Source: a virus (lineage: Duplodnaviria; Heunggongvirae; Uroviricota; Caudoviricetes). From it: a DNA stretch of 64,000 nucleotides. A model generated the notes under the pieces. The model worked only from the letters and a program-made list of their open reading frames with translations, was not told where the DNA came from and searched no databases. Positions within the stretch are counted from its first letter, which is position 1, and the number at the start of each line of letters is the position of its first letter. This document shows, in pieces, positions 17,991-26,789 of the stretch. Location of the stretch: the IMG/VR virus record IMGVR_UViG_3300022173_000112, positions 2,916 through 66,915 of that record. One strand, written 5' to 3'. The position numbers and the translations under genes were made by a program.

Positions 17991-18899
17991 TCAGACAATG
18001 ACCCGATCCTTCAATTGGACCTGGGTGACGACCCAGTAGTAATCGACCTTCGGTGGCTCCTGAACCACGACTCGAACTTCGTCCATCGTGGTACAGCCCT
18101 TCAACGATTCCGCGATCGAGTCACCTTCGTAGATGTACTCGGTTTCAGTTCCGTCAGATTTCCCATCCTGGAAGAACTCGCGTGACACATGAGCCACGCA
18201 TACTCGCTGGGCATTTGCTTGACCTGCGAATCTGCCTCGCTTCTCGTCCCTGATTTCTTTCGCACGAGCTTGCACGGTCGGTGCGAACTCGGAATGGTGC
18301 ATGACCTGAGCCTTGTCCAGGAACTTCAACTGTTCCTCTTCCGGCAACCTTGAAAGCAGGTAGCCGTTGGTCAAGTTGATTCGACCCAGGTCCACAAGGA
18401 ACTTGGAGTCCTTGTGCAATCGACGCGGTAGGCCAAGAATCTCTCGGACCCACTTGGGACTCTTGTGTAGCTTCTTGGCCATCTCGATCAAGGTGATGGT
18501 CGGGCTGTAGGCACACAGCTTTAGCACCGCATTGGCGTATTCCATCGGCTTCACTTCATAGGTGTGGCTCGATGCAATCGCCTGAATCTCCAGTACCTCG
18601 GAGTCGGTCGCCGAAATAACATTGGCCGGAATATCCGTGTGTCCGGCGTCCCTTGCGGCCTGATAACGGTGCTGACCTTTGATGATCTCGTAACCGCGTT
18701 CACTCGGACGCACGAGAATCGGCATCAAGACACCGCGATCCTTGACCGATAAGGCCAAGAACTCGTAGTCGTATGTGGACCGATTCACACCACGTAGTGC
18801 ATTCGGACTCTCGTGGATTTCGTCGAGCTTAAGTCTCAAGAGCATGGTAGTAATCCGTGGGCAATGCGATACGCATGAAACTTCTCTGAGTCGGCACAC
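17991..18899 (-). CDS. ParB-like protein (N-terminal nuclease/NTPase fold plus C-terminal HTH)
   Basis: IIKGQHRYQAARDAGHTDIP matches the ParB GxxR box. C-terminal LSRLPEEEQLKFLDKA. Confidence 0.6.
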   Translation of the reverse strand: MCRLREVSCVSHCPRITTMLLRLKLDEIHESPNALRGVNRSTYDYEFLALSVKDRGVLMPILVRPSERGYEIIKGQHRYQAARDAGHTDIPANVISATDSEVLEIQAIASSHTYEVKPMEYANAVLKLCAYSPTITLIEMAKKLHKSPKWVREILGLPRRLHKDSKFLVDLGRINLTNGYLLSRLPEEEQLKFLDKAQVMHHSEFAPTVQARAKEIRDEKRGRFAGQANAQRVCVAHVSREFFQDGKSDGTETEYIYEGDSIAESLKGCTTMDEVRVVVQEPPKVDYYWVVTQVQLKDRVIV

Positions 18900-19464
18900 T
18901 CACCCGCATCGACTCATGGATGCAATCGGGTGAGAACAAGTAGCCCAAGTTTGCTGGCAGAATTTCGCCAGGTCCAAGGTTGACATGGCTCAGGTCGCCG
19001 TCAGGAATCGTTGGGTGGTCCACCGTCGGTTTGGCATCAAACAAGCCACCCCACGCTTTGCACAGTGCCACATCGCTTGCGACGATGACCGGCATTCGCT
19101 TGAACGGCACGGCATTGCAACTGTGATTCCAGCCGGAACCACCGCCACCTGACCAGCCGCCACCACCTGACCAACCAGGGGAACCACCACCCCAGTAGTT
19201 CATGTGTTCAAGGAAACACCCATCCACATGGGGACCGGGCTTTCTCTGACTCATGCCAGCGGGAATGATTTTCTCATCCACCGTCAAGAACGCCTTGCCT
19301 ACAAAGGCTTTGGCTGCTGTGCACAAGTCCTTGACGATTTGAAGGTAGTCTTCAAACCCTGTGGGTACTGTCGGTGCTGCCAAATCAAAGCCGTGCATGT
19401 AGTGTTGACGGTTTGCAAATGGCAACGTAACAGGGACCAACTTTTTGTACCACGAAATTAACAT
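18829..19464 (-). CDS. Hypothetical protein with Gly/Trp-rich linker; possible 2OG-Fe(II) oxygenase-like HxD...H
   Basis: GPHVDGCF...HVNLG could be a HxD...H facial triad. GGGSPGWSGGGGWSGGGGSGW is low-complexity. Confidence 0.4.
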   Translation of the reverse strand: MLISWYKKLVPVTLPFANRQHYMHGFDLAAPTVPTGFEDYLQIVKDLCTAAKAFVGKAFLTVDEKIIPAGMSQRKPGPHVDGCFLEHMNYWGGGSPGWSGGGGWSGGGGSGWNHSCNAVPFKRMPVIVASDVALCKAWGGLFDAKPTVDHPTIPDGDLSHVNLGPGEILPANLGYLFSPDCIHESMRVSVPTQRSFMRIALPTDYYHALET

Positions 19465-19605
19465 TCAAATCCTCTTTCCTTAAAGCCGCCCTGAGGCGTT
19501 TGCTGGAGTTCCTCTTCGCTCGCCGAATCTTACCACGGCGACTGGTGATGCACCCTGCATCGTTACTTTGCGTAATGGTTCTTGCAACCATTTCTTTTCG
19601 ACGCA

Positions 19606-19944
19606 TCATTTCTCCGCGTAAATGTGCCAGACATATTCGCCTTCAATGACCGTGCCAATGAAGCGACAGTCTTTTGGAATCTCACCGCATCCCGTCCCGA
19701 CGGAATACAGGATCATCGTTTCACCGAGTTCGTCAGGGTCAACCTCGAACCAGACCATCACGGTGTCAACGCCTTTGACTTTTTGAAGTCCGACGCTCAG
19801 AGCCTTTGCACCACGACGAGCGGGAATCTTGAGCTTCCAAGTCGTGCCGTGTTCCGCGTCGGGTCGAATCGGTGCCTTCCAAATCGTCTTCATGCTACGA
19901 CTCCCAGAGTAATTTGTGCCTTCTTCACACAAAGAGCGGCACAA
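19606..19944 (-). CDS. Hypothetical protein (112 aa)
   Basis: ORF track. Confidence 0.4.
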   Translation of the reverse strand: MCRSLCEEGTNYSGSRSMKTIWKAPIRPDAEHGTTWKLKIPARRGAKALSVGLQKVKGVDTVMVWFEVDPDELGETMILYSVGTGCGEIPKDCRFIGTVIEGEYVWHIYAEK

Positions 19945-20294
19945 TATTCCTCAAGCCAGATGGTCCCGTTCTTAAGTACGATGATTTCCAGGACTTCACA
20001 ACGCTGACCCTTACGCCAGGTGCCGAAGTCTTCTTTGAACACAGCGTTGACCACTGTGAATTCATTGAAGACTTTTTCAAAGGTCACAATCTGACGCAAG
20101 AAACTGATCATGAAACTCTCCTGCTCCTGCATCCATTGCAGACCTTTGATTGCGTAGACCTCACCAAGCGAGCAAGGTCTGTCGCGACCACCAAGGACAG
20201 AGACGGCGTATGCCAAAGCATCAGTTTGAGACTTCGGCTTGTCGATTGTTGGACCCCACCGTTGTTCTTTGGCTTGCTCGTTGAGACTACTCAT
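19890..20294 (-). CDS. Hypothetical protein (134 aa)
   Basis: ORF track. Confidence 0.4.
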   Translation of the reverse strand: MSSLNEQAKEQRWGPTIDKPKSQTDALAYAVSVLGGRDRPCSLGEVYAIKGLQWMQEQESFMISFLRQIVTFEKVFNEFTVVNAVFKEDFGTWRKGQRCEVLEIIVLKNGTIWLEEYCAALCVKKAQITLGVVA

Positions 20295-20754
20295 TGATGA
20301 AGTCCACGGTGTTTTCGAAAATCTTGATCAGCATTTTCGGCAGACCAAACTTCTTGGCATTGACTTCGATGCTCTTTCGGATGTTGCCGGTATTATGGCG
20401 TTCACTCGACGCCTTCCAATCGCAATACATCTCGATGATGTCAACCAGGTCCATGTCTTCGCAACCATTCTTGAAGTGTTGCGGATGGTGCCGATTGTTG
20501 GCATAGTGATGCTGCAAACATGGGTCCATTTCCTTTTTGATTCGTTCGCCTTCATCGCTACCGAACACAGTCGTCGCCAGCATCGGCGTGTACTGTGTGA
20601 AGACTTCGACCTCAGGCGATTCGAGTTTCGATTCGTCGTGGACTTCGCCTCGCTTGAGCAAGGCGATCGCGAACCGATTCAACAACTGCTGCACACGAGC
20701 AATGTGCTTTCGCGTATCGTTGTTGCAAGCCTGTTGTTCAAGAGTCAGTGACAT
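20287..20754 (-). CDS. Putative HD-domain phosphohydrolase
   Basis: H...HD spacing (RKHIARV...VHDESK), then a later His cluster and DMDLVD. Start set at MSLTLEQ, because the upstream ORF sequence is read through the tRNA-like gene. Confidence 0.4.
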   Translation of the reverse strand: MSLTLEQQACNNDTRKHIARVQQLLNRFAIALLKRGEVHDESKLESPEVEVFTQYTPMLATTVFGSDEGERIKKEMDPCLQHHYANNRHHPQHFKNGCEDMDLVDIIEMYCDWKASSERHNTGNIRKSIEVNAKKFGLPKMLIKIFENTVDFINE

Positions 20755-20783
20755 TGTCTTTCCTTTCAGGGTTAGGGCGAAAG

Positions 20784-20850
20784 AAGTGGCGACGGGATTC
20801 GAACCCGCAACTGACATGCCTGCCCGCTCTACCGTTGAGCGTACGCCACT
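20784..20850 (-). tRNA. tRNA-like gene with canonical acceptor, D- and T-arms but a non-canonical (short or 9-nt loop) anticodon region
   Basis: Minus-strand read: AGTGGCG-TA-CGCTC-AACGGTA-GAGCG-...-GCGGG-TTCGAAT-CCCGT-CGCCACT. Only 16 nt remain for anticodon arm plus variable loop. Confidence 0.35.
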
Positions 20851-20860
20851 TACCATATCG

Positions 20861-21193
20861 TTACGAGTTCAGCCGATCTTCTTCGGCCGCGTCGTCGAAA
20901 TCACCGATGGCATGACCACCACGCATGGGCGGGTCGATGTCGTCATCCGCATCGGGCGGAAGACCGTCTTCGTCGTCCAGGTCGTCATCGTCATCGAAAT
21001 CGTCATCGAGATCGCCTTCGTCGTAGTCTTCGTCGTCGTCATCGTCGATGTCGTCATCGTCGAGATCGTCATCGTCGATGTCATCGTCGTCGAGATCATC
21101 GTCATCGTCGAAGTCGTCGTCATCGCGAACATCGTCGTCGAGTTCGCCGAAATCGTTCAACTCGTCGTCGAAATCATCGTCTTCATCGGCCAT
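20861..21193 (-). CDS. Hyper-acidic poly-Asp protein (110 aa, ~60% D/E)
   Basis: MADEDDDFDDELNDFGELDDD...DDDD(L/I/F)DDDD repeats. Clean ORF with start and stop. Confidence 0.6.
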   Translation of the reverse strand: MADEDDDFDDELNDFGELDDDVRDDDDFDDDDDLDDDDIDDDDLDDDDIDDDDDEDYDEGDLDDDFDDDDDLDDEDGLPPDADDDIDPPMRGGHAIGDFDDAAEEDRLNS

Positions 21194-21195
21194 GA

Positions 21196-21390
21196 TTAAC
21201 CTCCAACTAAGTAGTTGTCGAAACAGGTTCGTCCTTCACGTTCGCAGATTTGCTCTGCCAGGTCATCCAGTTCGTCGCCCAGTTCCTTATCGGTCAGAAC
21301 TTGGGACAAGCCGAACAATCTTTCTTTGAATGATTCACGAAGGGCTAAGGCTTCCGCCCTCGTAAGCGTAGTTGTGGACTTGACGCCCAT
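21196..21390 (-). CDS. Hypothetical protein (65 aa)
   Basis: Start trimmed to MGVKST, since the longer ORF would run into tRNA-Lys. Confidence 0.35.
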   Translation of the reverse strand: MGVKSTTTLTRAEALALRESFKERLFGLSQVLTDKELGDELDDLAEQICEREGRTCFDNYLVGG

Positions 21391-21406
21391 GACAATCTCC
21401 TTTAAT

Positions 21407-21479
21407 AGGACCGGTGGGATTCGAACCCACAACCCTGGTATTAAAAGTACCATGCTCTACCAATTGGAGCTACGATCCC
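21407..21479 (-). tRNA. tRNA-Lys (anticodon UUU)
   Basis: Cloverleaf: GGGATCG/CGGTCCT acceptor (2 G-U pairs), GCTC-CAATTGGTA-GAGC D-arm, TGGTA-CTTTTAA-TACCA anticodon arm, GTGGG-TTCGAAT-CCCAC T-arm. Confidence 0.7.
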
Positions 21480-21482
21480 ACG

Positions 21483-21557
21483 TAGGCACGGTAGGATTCG
21501 AACCTACAACCAACCGCTTAGAACGCGGTTGCTCTAGTCCAGTTGAGCTACGCACCC
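21483..21557 (-). tRNA. tRNA-Arg (anticodon UCU)
   Basis: GCTC-AACTGGAC-TAGAGC D-arm, ACCGC-GTTCTAA-GCGGT anticodon arm, GTAGG-TTCGAAT-CCTAC T-arm. The acceptor stem has 3 G-U pairs. Confidence 0.65.
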
Positions 21558-21845
21558 CTACTCCGCGTAAATACGCGGAAACGGACCCTTCTTTTTCTTC
21601 TTCCGAAACAGCTTGTCGAAGGCGGTCAGAATGCCCATCGCCAACAGCACGATGGCAATGATTCCAAACACCACAGCGAATGGAATCCACAGCGGAGCCA
21701 TGACCCACCACCACGACCAGTCGATCACGTTACCGAGTTTCAGACCGATGAACAGGAGTGTGAGCAATCCGAGAAAGCCCACCCCGCCACCGTGAACCTT
21801 AACTTTTACTTCGCTGCTCATTGTCCATCCTTTCAAGGAATTCAT
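21558..21845 (-). CDS. Small membrane protein (2-3 TM helices)
   Basis: Hydrophobic helices and a Trp-rich segment. Confidence 0.45.
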   Translation of the reverse strand: MNSLKGWTMSSEVKVKVHGGGVGFLGLLTLLFIGLKLGNVIDWSWWWVMAPLWIPFAVVFGIIAIVLLAMGILTAFDKLFRKKKKKGPFPRIYAE

Positions 21846-22086
21846 CCAAGTCTTGGTACATCAGTTGGGCGGAGAACTCTGGAATCCCAGCAGTACCTCG
21901 TTCCTTCTGAACGGCTTCCAACAAGTTGATTGCTTCTTGGAGCTTACAACTTGTCGATTGCGTGAACTTTCTGGTGCCCGCACCGATCCAACTGCCACAC
22001 TCCCACGACGAATACAAGCTGCTGTTTGTTTCCAGCTTGCATCGTGGGCACAATCGACTCGGCGGACAAGGAGTTTCAATTTCCAT
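21799..22086 (-). CDS. Hypothetical Cys-rich protein (95 aa)
   Basis: N-terminal CPPSRLCPRC... Confidence 0.4.
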   Translation of the reverse strand: MEIETPCPPSRLCPRCKLETNSSLYSSWECGSWIGAGTRKFTQSTSCKLQEAINLLEAVQKERGTAGIPEFSAQLMYQDLDEFLERMDNEQRSKS

Positions 22087-23083
22087 AAAGAACCCATGTT
22101 AGAAACTTCTTGGCCCGTGACGCAGCGGTGTACGTCCACTTATTATGAGGCCAAAGATCAGTCTGCTTTTCCTCGAACACAATCGTGTTGTCGAACTCGT
22201 CACCTTGAGCCTTGTGACACGTGACGCAGTATGCGTAGTCAATTGGGACAACGACGCCCCACTTGTCCGTATCGGTCATCGTGTACTTGAACTCTTGACC
22301 AGTGTCAAGTCGCAATCGCTTTGCATCACACCAAACAACCGTACCTTGCTGACCGTTGTACACGGCGTAGTCACGGTTGTTCTTGAGGATGATGATTCTA
22401 TCACCCTCAACCAAATGATCCGGCCGTTGCAAGTGCTTCCTGATTCTGCGGTTCAAGCCCTTTCGGGTCGTGTTGAACGACGCAATGATCTGGTCAGCAG
22501 CAACCAATTCATCGATCGTGATTTCGTGAGGGTGTATAACCCTGACCCCTGCACCACGCCACTCAGATGCAGACTCTCCTTCTCGGAGCATCTCGGCGAA
22601 CTGAGCAATCGGTCCGGCGTTCCTGTGAATCTTTTCCAGCTTGAAGTCTGGGTTCAACATCAGGCTACCGAAGTCACCGACTGGCGGGAGTTGACCGTGG
22701 TCCCCGACTGCAATGATCGGTACTCGATAGCTCTGCAAGTCAGCCAAGATATTCCCACCAACCATGCTGGCTTCATCGATTGCAAAGCCTTGTGCTTCTA
22801 CGTCCTTTCGACTTTTCAGTTCCCACGCAATGGGTGGGTTCCCAATCGGACGATAGATCGTGGAATGAATGGTGTTTGCACGGACACCTTTCTTCCGGAG
22901 ATTCGATGCTGCCTTACCAGTGAAGGCTACAAACTTCCAGCCGTGCAGTTCATCTTGCAAGTGGCTGAGAATCGTAGTCTTACCAGTACCAGCATAGCCA
23001 CCAAGAGAAGCGATACCGTTCTCTATGGCGTAGTTGACAACTGCATCAGCAGCTTGACGCTGCTCAAGAGTTAGGTCAATCAA
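22076..23083 (-). CDS. SF1B DNA helicase (Dda/RecD/PIF1-like)
   Basis: Walker A GYAGTGKTT, Walker B AIDEASMV, and TCHKAQGDEFD (motif V/VI-like). Confidence 0.75.
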   Translation of the reverse strand: MIDLTLEQRQAADAVVNYAIENGIASLGGYAGTGKTTILSHLQDELHGWKFVAFTGKAASNLRKKGVRANTIHSTIYRPIGNPPIAWELKSRKDVEAQGFAIDEASMVGGNILADLQSYRVPIIAVGDHGQLPPVGDFGSLMLNPDFKLEKIHRNAGPIAQFAEMLREGESASEWRGAGVRVIHPHEITIDELVAADQIIASFNTTRKGLNRRIRKHLQRPDHLVEGDRIIILKNNRDYAVYNGQQGTVVWCDAKRLRLDTGQEFKYTMTDTDKWGVVVPIDYAYCVTCHKAQGDEFDNTIVFEEKQTDLWPHNKWTYTAASRAKKFLTWVLYGN

Positions 23084-23316
23084 AGGATAACATCCTTACG
23101 GACGCCACGCACGATTCGGAAGAAACTACTTGCCATCGCAACAGCAGCTTCCGCATCCATCTGGTCATGAATCGTGGTCCAGTAGTTCCACTTGCCATTG
23201 TAGTGTTTCTCCACAATGTCACCGACCGCGAACGAATGAACGCCAACTCTGAACACGCCTGCCTCCGATCGACCAGTCAGGGTTCCGACAACATTGAACT
23301 TGGGATGAATGACCAT
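23080..23316 (-). CDS. Hypothetical protein (78 aa)
   Basis: ORF track. Confidence 0.4.
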   Translation of the reverse strand: MVIHPKFNVVGTLTGRSEAGVFRVGVHSFAVGDIVEKHYNGKWNYWTTIHDQMDAEAAVAMASSFFRIVRGVRKDVIL

Positions 23317-23371
23317 GAAAAAGATTCCTTAAAAAGAAGAAGACCGGGATGGCCACGGTCTTCGGCCTTCG

Positions 23372-23644
23372 CTACCGGCCGCGGAGGTTGCGGAAGAACT
23401 GGCGAATCGGACCAGTGCGTTGCACCGGAGCGGCCGACACCTGACTTCCGCAGCACGAACCGCTGACACCGCGAACCACAGCCGCCGGAACGGCGACCAC
23501 AGCCTTCGCAACGGTCTGCACCGGAGCGACAACGATTCCATCGAACAGTTGGTTCTTGCACTTGTCGCCGGTGCAAGGCTTTTCAGCCGCGTTCGCACCG
23601 ATGGCCAGAGCAAAACAAACCAGCAGACTCAATCCATAGCGCAT
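23372..23644 (-). CDS. Secreted small protein (signal peptide, Ala/Val-rich)
   Basis: Internal start MRYGLSLLVCFALAIGANA followed by a mature part. GC-rich. Confidence 0.4.
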   Translation of the reverse strand: MRYGLSLLVCFALAIGANAAEKPCTGDKCKNQLFDGIVVAPVQTVAKAVVAVPAAVVRGVSGSCCGSQVSAAPVQRTGPIRQFFRNLRGR

Positions 23645-23664
23645 GACTTTCTCCTGAAAAGGGG

Positions 23665-23871
23665 TTAATGAAAATCCGGGTCGTAATACATACTGTCGTA
23701 TGAATCCCAATCCGGCTCGGGTGTGAAATCCCCTTCAAGTTCACACTCGCACTCACTACACAGCCAAACAAGCTGTACATCATTGTGTGGTATGCCCCAG
23801 GCTTCGGTGTAACCGATTCCTACATCTTCTTGATAGGGCGTGCATTCCTCGCCACATTCTGGGCAAATCAT
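23665..23871 (-). CDS. Zinc-ribbon protein (68 aa)
   Basis: CPECGEEC...CSECEC. Confidence 0.4.
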   Translation of the reverse strand: MICPECGEECTPYQEDVGIGYTEAWGIPHNDVQLVWLCSECECELEGDFTPEPDWDSYDSMYYDPDFH

Positions 23872-23872
23872 T

Positions 23873-24085
23873 TCACTTCCTCGTGAGGACAGCGATCACT
23901 TCGTTGTAAACGCTCCGCCAACACTTCTGACAAAACTCAAACTTCCGAGTGTCGCCGCCACGATTCCACCAAGCATTGTTTACAGCTACAGTGATCTCTG
24001 TGGCAGCCACACCGTAGCGTTCAACTTCGACCTCTTCGCCGCACTTGTCGCAGAGGCACTTAGCTTTGGTGGCTGGAATCCTCAC
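23873..24085 (-). CDS. Zinc-ribbon protein (70 aa)
   Basis: CLCDKCG...CQKCW. Confidence 0.4.
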   Translation of the reverse strand: MRIPATKAKCLCDKCGEEVEVERYGVAATEITVAVNNAWWNRGGDTRKFEFCQKCWRSVYNEVIAVLTRK

Positions 24086-24522
24086 TTGTCCGTACTCCCG
24101 AATCCGGCCGCACCACGCACCGAAGTGGGAAGTACGTCAACGACCTGGAAAGGACCGCTGCCGCACATCACGAACACGGCTTGACAGATTGCCTTGGCAT
24201 TCGGGTTGTCAAGCACGCCTTCGAGTTCCATCGGTGTGTTGCTGGTGTTGTAGAGTTTCACCAGCCATTCACCGCGGTAGTTGGAATCGATGACGCCGGC
24301 TTGCTTCATCAAACCCTTCCAACCCCAACCGCTCCGGTCCAGTACAAGACCGACCCAATCGGGATCATAAGCGGTTGCGATTCCAGTTTTGAAAATGCAC
24401 GTGCCCTGACTGGGTACGATACCTGTGTGCAATGCCCAGATATCGTACCCAGCGTCACCGTCTTTGGCCTGCGTGAAGACCTTGGCACCGGGGACAAGAA
24501 TCTTCGCAAGAGGCTTGAACAT
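24082..24522 (-). CDS. dut: dUTP diphosphatase (dUTPase)
   Basis: AGYDI, GVIDSNYRGE and C-terminal RGAAGFGSTD motifs of trimeric dUTPases. Confidence 0.8.
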   Translation of the reverse strand: MFKPLAKILVPGAKVFTQAKDGDAGYDIWALHTGIVPSQGTCIFKTGIATAYDPDWVGLVLDRSGWGWKGLMKQAGVIDSNYRGEWLVKLYNTSNTPMELEGVLDNPNAKAICQAVFVMCGSGPFQVVDVLPTSVRGAAGFGSTDK

Positions 24523-24682
24523 GATTACTCCTTGTGAGTGTTGAACTTGAGACGTCTGCGTTCCTGTTTCCGTTTCGTCTTTGCAATCTTCTCTTGTTCA
24601 CACTTCCAGCAATACTTGAAGTAGAGTGTGACGAAGAAGTTACTTTCAGATTTGCATTTCGGACAACACATCTTCCTTCTCC

Positions 24683-24865
24683 TTAAGGACGTTTTTCGGG
24701 ACGTTCGCCGTTCTTGAGAAGTTCGGTTCGCCAGATTTCCACTTCACGTGGAGCGTCGAACACTAACTTCACTTTGCCCTTTTCGAGCGAGGCCAAGATT
24801 TCGAAGGAGACATCTCCGACGAAAATCTTGACCTTTTCCTGGTCTTTGCGGTCGATTACCAACAT
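24683..24865 (-). CDS. csrA: CsrA/RsmA-family RNA-binding regulator homolog
   Basis: MLVIDRKDQEKVKIFVGDVSFEIL...KVKLVFDAPREVEIWRTEL aligns with CsrA [23 protein letters not shown]...QVRIGVNAPKEVSVHREEI. Confidence 0.55.
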   Translation of the reverse strand: MLVIDRKDQEKVKIFVGDVSFEILASLEKGKVKLVFDAPREVEIWRTELLKNGERPEKRP

Positions 24866-24873
24866 GTATCACC

Positions 24874-25092
24874 TTACATTTCATCGAGTTGCCGAGCAAG
24901 TCGATTGAGTCGTAGTTGCAAAATGACCAGAGTTAGTACAGCTTTTAGCGTTGTCTCTGGCAACGATTCCAACAGCATATTGATGGCGTCAATATGTTCC
25001 TCCGCGTTACGCCACATTTGATCTAGTTCAGATCGCGTTTTCACTTCGTAGCTTCGTAGCTCTTTCAGGTCACGATAAAACTTCTGGTCCAT
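24874..25092 (-). CDS. Hypothetical protein (72 aa)
   Basis: ORF track. Confidence 0.4.
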   Translation of the reverse strand: MDQKFYRDLKELRSYEVKTRSELDQMWRNAEEHIDAINMLLESLPETTLKAVLTLVILQLRLNRLARQLDEM

Positions 25093-25890
25093 TTAACACT
25101 CCCAGTAAGCCTTCCGAAGTTGGAACCATCCTTCAAATGGTCCTGACCGATACTTCGGATTCTCTTGACCTTGAGCCACATGCTCAAAGGGACTACGATG
25201 ACCCAAGTCGCCCGAGCCTTTAATCAGGTCATGGGCAAGGAGAACATCATCCTTGATGGACTTGAACTGTGACCCATGACGCTTGTAGGCAACACGGGCA
25301 CAACGGGCGACAGACGCCAGGTTCAAATCATCAATGCAGTTGTTGGCACGGTCATCGTCCTCGATGTATGGCTGATGCCACAAGGTTGTCTTCGGTTCCG
25401 ATTTTGCCAGTGCATCCCGCATCATCCCAGCAATCTTCTGGAAATGAATTTCCGCGTCGGGGTGGCAGCGTTGGTCGAAGAAATTCTTCCATGTCGTGGC
25501 AGTCATGACGACTTTAATCCACATCCACGGTTCAGTAATTCGATTCACCAACGACTTATGAATGCCGAGTTTGTTCAATTTCTCTGCCGCAGCGACACAT
25601 GCATCACGGGCTTCGAGCCAAATCTGCTCGGCTTTGATTCGTTCGGTCAGCCCGATCTGATCTCCAGTCTGCATCCCTTTCTGATTCGCACCCCAGTAGA
25701 TGGGAATCACAGGGTTACTGACGATGTCAGCTAACATCGTCGAGGAAGGAATTGCTCTCGATGAGCCGCTGTTCCTTGCTCTGTCACGATGGGTCATGAT
25801 CTCTGAGTGGATGAACCTTGGATAGCTGAGTTCCAAGGTTGTAATCCGCGTCGAGTAGAAGCTGTCAGCTACAACTCTGCATCCAAACAT
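25093..25890 (-). CDS. thyX: Flavin-dependent thymidylate synthase (ThyX)-like
   Basis: MTHRDRARNSGSSRA resembles the ThyX RHRx7S signature. Sits beside dUTPase in a nucleotide-metabolism cluster. Confidence 0.5.
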   Translation of the reverse strand: MFGCRVVADSFYSTRITTLELSYPRFIHSEIMTHRDRARNSGSSRAIPSSTMLADIVSNPVIPIYWGANQKGMQTGDQIGLTERIKAEQIWLEARDACVAAAEKLNKLGIHKSLVNRITEPWMWIKVVMTATTWKNFFDQRCHPDAEIHFQKIAGMMRDALAKSEPKTTLWHQPYIEDDDRANNCIDDLNLASVARCARVAYKRHGSQFKSIKDDVLLAHDLIKGSGDLGHRSPFEHVAQGQENPKYRSGPFEGWFQLRKAYWEC

Positions 25891-26060
25891 TGAACACCTT
25901 TAATGTTATTACCTGAGAATCTCTTATCACCAAAGAGCATTTCCCACCCGATTCCAGCACCTTTGTACTCAAGACCAGTATAATTCCCTTCGAATACTGC
26001 ACCTTGAGCGGTGATAACTCGGTACTTTTTCCCAATTTCCATCACAATTGTGACAAACAT
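25869..26060 (-). CDS. Hypothetical protein (63 aa)
   Basis: ORF track. Confidence 0.35.
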   Translation of the reverse strand: MFVTIVMEIGKKYRVITAQGAVFEGNYTGLEYKGAGIGWEMLFGDKRFSGNNIKGVQCLDAEL

Positions 26061-26344
26061 TAAAGATTTTCCTCATTCAATGCCGTCATCTCCGTAGTCA
26101 AAACAGAGGCGACGTTCCTTCGTGTTCTGTCATAGGCAACACGCACCATGAGAGTTTTCTCCGGGGTTTCCAATTCGACATCCCAGAGAGAAATTCGATT
26201 CGTAGACTTCACATGCAGCGTGGCCTTTCCACTGTGAATCTTGTGCAATAGCTGATCCTTGATGAACTGGGTGTAGACCATACCGAAGCGTTCCTGGAAA
26301 CGCTTTGCGGTATGTTCTACTTGGCAACGCTTTTTACTCTTCAT
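26060..26344 (-). CDS. Hypothetical protein (94 aa)
   Basis: ORF track. Confidence 0.4.
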   Translation of the reverse strand: MKSKKRCQVEHTAKRFQERFGMVYTQFIKDQLLHKIHSGKATLHVKSTNRISLWDVELETPEKTLMVRVAYDRTRRNVASVLTTEMTALNEENL

Positions 26345-26347
26345 GGG

Positions 26348-26683
26348 TTAACCCAGTTTGAGAGCGGCCTTCTCACCGGCCGAAGCGACCTGGACCACGC
26401 CACGTTCTTTGTCGTACTCCGATTTGAGCTTCCCGAGGATGCTCTGAATCGTGAGTTGAGCGTCGTGCACGCTGTTGGCAAGTTTGATCGGGTACGTATC
26501 CGCACCGATCTTGCCGAACACGCAAAGCTGCAACACGGGTGCCGCTTTGCCTTCCGGGTCAGCCTGTTCGAACATCGGCTTTCCTTCGGAATCGTGCTTC
26601 TGCACTTGGCCCATGACCAAGGCATCGATTTTCATCATGTCAATGGACGATCCGTCCATACAGCCAGCCCAGAGAAACGGCAT
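26348..26683 (-). CDS. Hypothetical protein (111 aa)
   Basis: ORF track. Confidence 0.4.
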   Translation of the reverse strand: MPFLWAGCMDGSSIDMMKIDALVMGQVQKHDSEGKPMFEQADPEGKAAPVLQLCVFGKIGADTYPIKLANSVHDAQLTIQSILGKLKSEYDKERGVVQVASAGEKAALKLG

Positions 26684-26789
26684 CTTCTATCTCCTGAAAC
26701 GAGAGTGGTGACGAAACGAAGAACGAGTATTCGCATTGTAGTTACACAAGCGAATACAAAGCAACGGTGGTTTGTAGCCGACAATCGGC

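Noticed and set aside
15699-18185. Long plus-strand ORFs (15699..16562, 16638..18185, 16559..16918)
   Set aside because: They are antisense to better minus-strand genes in a GC-rich stretch. Their His/Arg/Ser-rich composition is typical of spurious ORFs.
22145-23074. 309-aa plus-strand ORF
   Set aside because: Antisense to the helicase gene, which has clear Walker motifs.
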